Below are positions 54,806-64,000 of a stretch of DNA of 64,000 bases, piece after piece; the stretch's first letter is position 1; each line of letters starts with the position of its first letter. The stretch lies in NCBI GenBank assembly GCA_977030845.1, contig OZ365113.1, positions 13,888,001 to 13,952,000 of the forward strand. Direction: 5' to 3'. Origin of the DNA: Fimbriosthenelais zetlandica (taxonomy: Eukaryota). Made by a program: the position numbers and the translations under genes. Below the pieces are notes generated by a model. That model searched no databases, was not told where the DNA came from, and was given only the letters and a program-made list of their open reading frames with translations.

Positions 54806-56827
54806 CTAGACACAACGTACATGTGTTTAGCAAAGAATATCAAATGATGAAATCTCAGTATTAAATGCCCACAATGTCGACATGAAGGAATTTTTCTTTC
54901 ACTTGACATATAATTTAATAAATCAATGCGTCAATAAATTTTATCAAAGTGCACGAACAATAGTTTTTGACTTACTGATGTAAATTATTTCCAGATTTTT
55001 TCAGAAGTTTTTTTAATACAATGTTGTTGTTTTGATTAATTTCTATCTGTAGGTCATAATAACGGTAAAGGTGGTACTTTCACATGCACCACCATCTGGA
55101 TAAGAGACTAAATGTCCATCATCCATTAAGACTGTGTATTGTAATGTTCATTCAGTGTGAAATAATGTTTTAAAATAGTTCACATGTAATAAATTGTCAG
55201 ATTAGTCAGAAATAAATGCGTATGAAGGAATATCCAAAGGAAACAATACCCAAATACTCAAACAAAATAGACAGTAAGACAGTGGATGTATTTCCAAATA
55301 AATTTTCCAACAGAATCCATGCTTTTCCAGCATCAATTTTGGCATATAATTAAGACTCCAGTTTGGAATCTTGACAAACTGAAAACAGTGTGAAAGGAGG
55401 AAATGAGTCAGAAAAAATAATCATAAAAATAAAGAGAACAGATACAAGATTTATGAGCCATCCTTTGAGGGCAAGTGATGAAAGCATCGACTCACTGCAC
55501 TGCCAACATTAATTATCAGAATTGGCATAATTTTGTAAAATGCGTGGTTGGCTCATAATGAAATCGAGTTGCGTATTCAGAAGGGGAGAAAGAGAAAAAA
55601 TATACCATAAAGCAAGTTTACAACAAATAAAATGAATTGCTGAGGGACAATGGTGCATGTCACCTCAAGGTAAAGGGATGAGGATGCAAAGAGAAACTTA
55701 CTCCCTTCTTTTAACTATCACATCTTAACGGGAGTACGCATGATGCTCAAGATTATTTGTCTGGCTTTCACTACTGAATTTAACAAAATTAACCAAATAT
55801 GGTTCCTAATTGAAAATAACACTGCACAAAATAAGAACAGAAAGGGGAAGGTTCTACGGAGGAGGTGGGGAGGGTGGAAGATCTCTGGGTATCAATGCAT
55901 GCCAAACAGGGAGGTAATTAATTCCAACTGGGTTCATAAAAGCCATAAGGGTGTTATCTCTGTAAATTCTAAAACCTGTCTCTTAAAGAAACGTTCACAG
56001 AGGTTATGTAAAACATAGGCCTATAACTGCTTGGCTGCAGATCTCGTGCTGTTATAGTCTGTCTGCTGGTCTATATAGGTCATGACATATCTATGGTACT
56101 CAGGTACTGTAGACTGAGCATGCAGCTTTCTACAGGTTCATTGTATGTGGTGGAATCTTTCTATATTAACTAACGACCATTATCCTATGATTCTGGTACT
56201 AATTATTCAAACAGTCCAATCCCACAACAGAGGAAGCAGGTTTCCTTTAGAAACAACCACCAGATGGCCAGGACTTGATGTTTTCGGTCATCCCCACACG
56301 GTGGAGGGAGTGTAGCTTTTCAGGACTGGAGCTTTGGTAAAGGGACGGAGGGAGTTAGTTAGGTGGGTCTCAATAAATTAATTTTCTCAGGGTGTCTATA
56401 TCGTTGGATCAGACCCTTGGCTTCACCACTACACAACATTTGGTATATAAATAATACAATTTTAACTGTGAAAATTATAAAAGTACTACCTCGAACATGT
56501 CTGAAATTGTCTTTAAAAACTTTTTCGACCTAAAAATATTGCTCTCTCTCTTTCAAATGGAATTATCACAAACCAATAATGTTGACAGAATTCCACAATT
56601 GAAAGAGTAATGCACAAAATTAACATATTTCTTTCAGCTCACTCCAACTAATTAATGCAGTATTTCAGATGCGTTTCCAATTGTGGTATGGTGAGAACCA
56701 AGTGTGGAGGGAGGAGGGAGAGAGTGTTAGGGATGATTTCTACTGTATGTTTCACCTGCTGTATATAGACATTGTAGAAGAGTATCTACAGATAAGAGAC
56801 GCAGGCGAGGGAGAGAAAGAACCTTAC

Positions 56828-56979
56828 TGTGCAGTGTCATTGTCATACTTTCGTGGACGGCCGCGCGTCAAATGTCTCCGCCTTACAAACTCTAAGTCAT
56901 CCACCATCCAAAACGATCCAAAATCATCCTCATACCTCACAAAACATTTATGTAGGGACAAATTGGTGCGTATAGCATT
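56828..56979 (-). CDS. FoxP: FoxP forkhead second-half exon B (alternative NAIRT type), phase 0/2
   Basis: 152 nt after a long polypyrimidine tract ending CGCACAG, donor GTAAGG; translates [50 protein letters not shown](Q), the motif type of the insect alternative FoxP exon and vertebrate FOXP1 exon 18b. Confidence 0.95.
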
Positions 56980-57469
56980 CTGTGCGAGTGAGAGAAAGAG
57001 GGAGAGAAAAAAGAAGGGAATAAAAAATAGATCCAAAAACCAGAGTCGAGGCAGCACAGGTACAGTGGTACAATATGTAGAGTTGTGAAGAAGAAAAAAC
57101 CCACCACTCCAAACAGAAATAAGACTTCATTATTTCTCTTCATTTCCAGCAACAGCATTCATTTCTTTACGTCTTAGCTTAATTCATTTGAAGCTCATAA
57201 CTAAAATAGGGAGGCCTTGGAAACAAAGCAAATCCATATGAAAAAGTCCCCATCTATCAAACCATTGTTTTCCGATTGTCTCAGTCTCAAATATGAATCC
57301 CAAAGTGCAATAGAAAACAAGAAGAATGAAGCCGAGTCTGAAGAAGGAGTGGTGGAGGATGTTATAAGTAGACATGTATGTAAAAGACGAGAGGTCACAC
57401 ATCGGCAGGAGGAAGTGGTGGTCGAGTGGGTCACACCAGGGTTCTTTGCTTGCTTGTTTGTGTTTGTTA

Positions 57470-57625
<156 letters not shown>

Positions 57626-59996
57626 CTAACCAGACGGAACACAACATGGCAGAAGGGAAAAAAACAAGAGGGCATGCTTTAATATACCTGACTGCAGGGA
57701 CAGAATCATATACATGTAGTTTTTCAATACCCAGCACAAAACTGGATTTTGACAATTATACCATTTACCGGTAAATGAATCCTGTAGTCAAGAAAATGTC
57801 ATATACAACACCCCTGAACTTGTACTAGGAGAAGAATTTATATCTTTCGAGTCTATCACCGAATCGTTCATATTGGCAACGAAACACATTTAAGTATTTG
57901 TTTGCACCCATTTCCTTAAAGACTTACAATGCTGTGTTCAAGAGTTTGTGAAAGGAAATGTTATTGTGTATAACATTTATGAACTCTGGTAGCACGAGTT
58001 GCAGGGGTTATCCGCATAAGAAAACATAGTTTCTCTTATATATGTCTACTTCTCAAAATAATAAGAATAAGATCATTCTATTACTAATCACTACATTAGC
58101 TTGTTTAATGATAATGCTGTAAATTAAATATACGTTTAAATATTGGGATGCACTTTGATATCTCACTGAAAGAGAATATAGCTATCTATAGTCATTTTTA
58201 TCTTCCCATAAGTTGTTAACACACCCAATACCAATTCTCAGAAATGAACGGGAAAAATATTAAAATATGATAACATGAAAAGACCTCTTTTAAATTTCAA
58301 AAGATCTTCATGGAATATAATCATACATGTACAACAAAGACTAATATAGAAAAGAGTCTGATACAATATATACAAATGGAGTTTTTTAATCTTTGCATCT
58401 TGGTCTACTTTTTTTGACTGGGTTGGTATGGCTGGGGAGGCTTTAGACAGGTCTAGCATGTTGTCATGCATGTGTTGTTTGTTTGGAGTTAATGTCTGTT
58501 CCCGGACTTTTTGCATTTTATGTTTTTGTATAAACACTTTCCTTGAGTTGATCACGTGATTGCTTTGGCATCGACAAGTGCAAAAAGTGACAGTGTTTAT
58601 GGATGAGGCGGACACGAAAGGTAAAAATACTGAGGCATTTTTAAATTATCATTATCTATTTTTTGATATTTTTCTTGTAAACTTCAAGCAAAAAGGCCAA
58701 TTTTTATTTGGTAAGCAGCCTTCCATTTCGATTTGTGCAATCTTTGAGTCATATTTGTGGGACAATGCAATGAAATTTAGGGAAAATACAAGACACAAAT
58801 TTAATAATTATTGATCTAGTGGTACAACCAAAAGGAAGCATATATTAGAAGGCAGTTCATAGTTATTATGAATTACTTTGCCTCCTTTCAAGATTATGTA
58901 CGTCAATTCTTTATAAAGAATCTTAGGGCCCTCCAATGCCTTACAAAATGGCAGCTCCCAGGTTGTGGAGAGCTCTGTATATTATGGGCCAGGCATGTTT
59001 AGATACCAACAAACAACAACAAGATTAAACATAGCTGTTCTCTCTAGTGTGCACAGCCCCGATAACGCCAGCCATATTGTTTAGTGGAAAAAAAGACAAA
59101 CATTTCATATCAAGAGAGAAAAGACAGATTAAAAAAAAACGGAGAGCGTAGACAAACACCACTAAATTAGGCTGGTGCAAACTTTGGACTACATGTATAT
59201 ACATTGGGACGTGATTCCAGAATGTTGAAGGTTTCACTCCACGAAGAACATTTTAGATTTAAAATGGATCCAATGTTTTTATCAGACAGAAGATTTTGAT
59301 AATTGGGAAATGTTGAGAAAAACTGGGAAAAGCAAAAAACGAAAATATATTTCAGATGGGGGGAGTTATTTCATAAATTGGTGTAGAAGGCATTTCGTGT
59401 TGTAGAGAAATAATATACAGCCTCAAGGCAAACAACTGTTACCAGCGTCAGTCCATTAAACAACACGATGAGTAAACATACATTAATTATACATTATTTA
59501 TAGAATTCATCCTAATAAATAATAGAGTAAGCTCGGTGGAGAAGACAGCAAGGGGAAAGAGAGAGAGTTATAACTTAGAAGATAACTCTCAGAAGCAGTC
59601 TGCAGCTTGCAAGAAGCATGGAATTAGAACTAATAGAATTAGATATGCCCAAGCAAAATAGAAATAAATTTGTCAAGTTGAAACAAAGTAAAAACAAACG
59701 TTAGTATTTGGACTACTAGTCACTCATAGCCTATGTAGTCAATTGACTGTGAAGAAAACTATGTTAAGCAATAAAAAAGTAAGTAAACCAAGTAAACCCA
59801 ATATGAACGTTAAGCATCACTATATTGAAGAGCAAGACAAATTTTGAATTTAGCCTGCACAAAAATAGCTACTATTGCAGTAGTAGAATTTTTGGCACTT
59901 CTAATTTGGAGATATGTGACATGACGGAAAAGTGGAGTATCATCTTCAAAGTTCAAACTGACTTAAAGTTGTCCTCAAAAACATGAATATGACTAC

Positions 59997-60084
59997 CTTT
60001 CATGAGGCTTCATTTTGTTGAAAGTAGAGGATTATTAAAAACCACTGGTAGATTTCGTTGACGTTGGAGAGATTCTATAATAGC
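59997..60084 (-). pseudogene. FoxP: Decayed tandem duplicate of the FoxP forkhead first-half exon (pseudo-exon or poison-exon candidate)
   Basis: 88 nt between acceptor TTTTTTCTGAACAG and donor GTAGTC. Aligns to the intact exon as AIIES-[11-nt deletion]-NEIYQWF-LIIL-YF-QQNEAS*K, with a further 3-nt deletion and TGG>TGA. Read in frame from the acceptor it gives AIIESLQRQRNLPVVFNNPLLSTK* (stop at 60012-60010). Confidence 0.85.
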
Positions 60085-60378
60085 CTGTTCAGAAAAAATA
60101 TATAGCAAAGAAAGTATACTAAGCATAAAGAAGAAGTACCAACTGACTACATTAACCGAGCAGTGACTATAACTGTGTCGACCATTCATGGGCATCCTAA
60201 ATATACAGGTAAAAGAAGATTAAGAATTATTGGCCGAATTCGCCAGTGAGAATTTGGTAATTAGGATGTCCATAAGGAAGCCACAGTGAGAAGCAAAGTG
60301 AGGAGGCGGATTAGGGAAGTGGGTGAGAAGCGACATAACAACAGAGTTAGCGAACAACAATCAGGACATTCTCTATAC

Positions 60379-60480
60379 CTTCCACGTGGCCTGGTTTTTC
60401 CTGAAGAAAGCAAATGTGTTCTGGAACCACTGGTAAATTTCGTTTAATGTTAGCTGTTTCTCGGGTGACTCGATGATGGC
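60379..60480 (-). CDS. FoxP: FoxP forkhead domain, first-half exon (intact copy), phase 0/0
   Basis: 102 nt between acceptor TTTCTAG and donor GTATAG; translates [34 protein letters not shown], matching the FoxP forkhead segment (human FOXP2 has WFTRTFAYFRRNAATWK). Confidence 0.97.
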
Positions 60481-61371
60481 CTAGAAACATTCAAGTAAGA
60501 CACAATTAATATTGCACCTACAAAAAGTGATGAGACCAATGCAATATATCACCTCACAATGAGAAAGCAGACAAATATATCAAGGAAAAGATATTCGACT
60601 GTAAAAAGGAACCAAATGAGGCATATTTCCAGCCAGAATTACACCCGGCAAATTTCACCAAAATGGAAACATTAATGAAGAGTGTGTGTAATGATCCAGG
60701 TTATTTGCACAGGGTAATTGAAGGGATCTCGTGTCTGGAAAAAAGTGTCACCAGATCTAGAGGGGACAAGACCCAAGGAAGACAAGAGAGAGATAAATGG
60801 AGGTTTCCATAACAAGTCCAAACTTATAAAGGGAGTTTTTCCATTACCATATATCGAGGAAGCTAAATCATCCACATCACATTTAATACAAATCTCACGC
60901 TGCCATTACTGCATGTGGCCAGCTAGGACTTGGCTTTTCTCCCCAAAACAAATTGACAGGGGGTAAAAAAGAGGTTACAATCAAGTTGCCATTCACTTCC
61001 AGCCATCCATCTCAGAGAGGGCCAAGAACCAGAGTAAATAGCAGTTTGGGCCTGGGGGTAGGGGCGCAGGAGGAGGATAGGATGGGGGTGGGGTGGGGGC
61101 TGATGTTGGCCTCGCGCTTGGCTTATTTCAGACTTTGCCTTGGTCTCCTGCCGCCTTGGCTATCATGTACCAGTTATATCTGGCGACCCTGAAACTGATG
61201 GGGAGGACCTCTCCACCAGATACTGTGGCCAAGGCCCCCGCTCAAAGAAAACATTGGCCAATTTTCCAGGGGAAAGAGAGTGAGCTTTGGGCTCGTGTGA
61301 GGGCGGTCACCATGGAAAAATTAATCAACTCCGGAGGGCTGGAGGAGAGAAAGAGGGAGGGGGAAAGATGG

Positions 61372-61385
61372 GTTGCTATGGTAAC
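61372..61385. promoter_or_regulatory. RFX X-box candidate in a FoxP intron
   Basis: GTTGCTATGGTAAC fits the GTHNYY-AT-RRNAAC consensus. Confidence 0.4.
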
Positions 61386-62916
61386 CATGGTTTACATTTG
61401 TGCTTGGCTGTGTTTGATATCAATTTCAGTAAACTCAGGAGGCGGTAACAATTAGTCTGTGCGATCAACAGACTTGCTTCTGGGGCCGTCCCCGTCAAAC
61501 AAACGGGGCTGGGAGGGGTCGAGGGCCTGTATTTGTCTATGTTGAGGCCAGTGGCGTGGCAAAACGGGAGGTTGCCTTTATCAAAACTGACCAGAGCCAC
61601 CAGCAGGGCCTGGGTACATATTTGTGGAAGGCCTTGGTGCATATAACAGCAGTGAGAGGAGTTGGACAGTCAACATTGGTCAACAGCCATCCAGTTTGAC
61701 CAGCCCGATGGACTGTCCATCAAGATGAACCAACATTAGAAAAGAAGAGAGAGAAAGAGGGAGAAAGTGAGTGGGAGAGGTAAAAAGGGGGCTGGAGACT
61801 CCTGAGTGACCAGTGGTCAACTGCGCATGGGAGAGGAGCCACTCTATGGAAGGCGGACTGTATGGATACCTGGCCCATCCTCCAGGCCTCTAGATAATGG
61901 AGGGCACATAGGAGAGTAGAGAGACGGGCTGAGTGACTCCTGGTCCAAACGGTGCCCATTAAACTGCTGCCATGTATTAATGTGGGCAGAAAAATGGTAT
62001 TGACATCTAGGCTGGCAAAGTGAATGTTTGATGAAACTTGACTGATAAATTCTCCACCGCGCAATACCACTTAGACTGAATATATGGAATGCACAGGCAA
62101 ACTTATGACTAGACATTTAAGAATACCCAACTTCAAGGAACTTCAGAACTTCTCTCCAGTTGGCCATCCAAATTGTCTATGTATATAATATACGAACAAT
62201 ACATAATTATTTAACTAATCTGACGTTACCTAATTATCAACCTGCAATGTAGACTACATATAATAGATGGAAAACATATCTATTTATTAATCTTTCCACA
62301 TCCACTACTAGACCTTTAATTATATAACATGGTATAGTTTGCTGCAGTATATTTACCGTTGCTTTACTTTCTTTTTGACACATATTTTCCACCCAGTGTT
62401 TTTCAATCAATATGTTTGTGTATTTGAGGCGGGGGGTGTATGGAGTGTGTGATGAGTTGAGGTTGTCAGGGCCAGCAGGACCTGTCATTGGAGGAGGAGG
62501 ACCTAATCCTGGTCACATGACCTTCATTTTCAGGCCCTGTCCTCACCATCTGCTGCCACCAACAACAAAAGTAAAAAAACACCCTCCTCCACGCCCTCTC
62601 TACTTCTGTCCAGCTCACATGCTGACCACTCGAGCGCCTCCAACACGAGACAATACAAACCCAACCCTCGCCTTGCATCACCTTACACAGTACACACAAA
62701 AACACTGGACTTGCCAAAGACTTTCCATGGCTTCATATTAATCATCAGGCTTCAGTTATATGATTACTCCACTTAACCATATTAGATTTTTAAACAATTA
62801 GTTTAGGCCTTGGCAATATTATATTGAAACTATCAATGAAACATATGCTTTAGACTTGACATGGTCTTTCAAAAAAATATCATGAGGGCGGTATCTCGTC
62901 TAACACCCCATCATGG

Positions 62917-62998
62917 GGGTCAAATCTGGGTCAGCAATAACACCGAGGTCAGCCAGGTCATACCAAGGTCACTTATAATCCGCAAGGCCGCGGGGTCA
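62917..62998 (+). promoter_or_regulatory. Cluster of six co-oriented RGGTCA nuclear-receptor half-sites (DR5, DR3, DR5) in a FoxP intron
   Basis: GGGTCA 62917, GGGTCA 62928, AGGTCA 62946, AGGTCA 62955, AGGTCA 62966 (within CCAAGGTCA), GGGTCA 62993. The motifs are certain; function is inferred. Confidence 0.55.
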
Positions 62999-64000
62999 GG
63001 CCGGGCCAGTTATAAAGGCCTAGGTCTGGTCGCTCCCATCGCACGATTCAGTCGCTATTTGTTGTCCATCAAAACAGAGCATCGCACGAACTTCAAGCTT
63101 ATCACCATGGGAGAAAACTATAGAGGGGTGGGGGGAAGGGAGGGTGCGTGTGGGGTCGAGGGTTCAATCCTTGGGAGACAATAGCAAGGAATTAAATACC
63201 CGGTATTGTACCAGGTTACAAAGCCGGCTACAAGAGTAGACGTCAAGGTGGGAGGAAGGGAAGGGACTTCTTTTTATGTGGACGACGTTGACATGGACAT
63301 GTAGAACGACATAACGTCACGGCCCAGCATGACACCATGTCAACAGGGAAGGCTGCCACGGAGAGCCATGCTGATCTATGGTGCTTGGGAGATAAATATT
63401 GCATCGTCATCAGAAATTTATCCCCGCTGTCAACCAAGTGTTTACCCCGCATCGCCAGGACTAGAGGAGTGTCTGATTTTTGGTATTGTTTTCCAACTGT
63501 GAAGCATTTGGTAATACCAACCTTCCCTCCTACCTGTTCTGTAATTGTTTTCAATTCATACTCAGCATATTCTTAAATATCAATTTCACCCAATAGTCCC
63601 ATATAGTTGACAAGCCCATCTGTTATCAGGGAATGACTTCACCATATTTTATATACATTTGATCTGGTATCCCAGAGGAAAACCATTCTATTTTTTTGCC
63701 AAATACAAAATTAATTAGAAATTTCACCTAAAGATCCCAGAGGACTACCAGGCCTGTCTAATCCCTTTTGTGACGGAACAAAGGGATCAACAGCTTAATC
63801 GTATAGATGGGTTAAAACACTTTTCTAATATCCTAAAAATGGAGAGAAATATTTGCTAAAGTACTTAAAGAGATCAGTAAACGAGTGTTCTTCAATCTGT
63901 TCTCCCATCACTTGCTGACTCAAACCAAACCAATATCGCCTACTCAGAGGGCCATTGTAATTCACATTTTGGATTTAATTTACCCACATATAATATGGAT

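Noticed and set aside
62719-62800. Possible third, more decayed copy of the forkhead first-half exon (minus strand AAATCTA.ATATGGTT ... GAAGCCATGGAAAGT)
   Set aside because: W-to-W spacing is 52 nt rather than 45, there is no AIIES segment or acceptor, and the match is within chance for AT-rich DNA.
63150-63180. GGTTCAATCC B-box-like motif suggesting a tRNA or tRNA-derived SINE
   Set aside because: T-stem does not pair and no A-box or cloverleaf is evident.
60481-64000. Search for the upstream FoxP exon ending RPPFTYASLIRQ and for zinc-finger/leucine-zipper exons
   Set aside because: Not found by eye; probably beyond the right edge of the window, so not annotated.

Overview
AT-rich (roughly 38-40% GC by eye) animal genomic DNA, most likely a marine invertebrate; no prokaryotic features, rRNA, tRNA or CRISPR. 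Three protein-coding genes are supported. (1) The 3' half of a FoxP gene on the minus strand (53.4-60.5 kb), reconstructed exon by exon; its upstream exons appear to lie beyond the right edge. (2) A two-exon FatA/FatB-like double-hotdog acyl-thioesterase gene on the plus strand (48.8-49.8 kb), convergent with FoxP. (3) The TM1-TM5 exon of a TRH-receptor-type GPCR on the minus strand (32.8-33.7 kb); I could not find its TM6-TM7 exon in the window, implying an intron of more than 32 kb. The left half is mostly intronic DNA with one young 5'-truncated LINE, several decayed retroelement scraps and MITE-like hairpins. The main discovery is a duplicated forkhead cassette in FoxP. The second half of the domain has two intact, frame-compatible, apparently mutually exclusive exons (NAVRH and NAIRT types). 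The first half also has a tandem duplicate with intact splice sites and strong synonymous divergence, now broken by deletions and a TGG>TGA change. This suggests a former 2x2 combinatorial DNA-binding domain and possibly a present-day poison exon. The upstream FoxP intron carries six co-oriented nuclear-receptor half-sites (DR5/DR3/DR5) and an RFX X-box. Most short ORFs in the supplied track are not credible genes.
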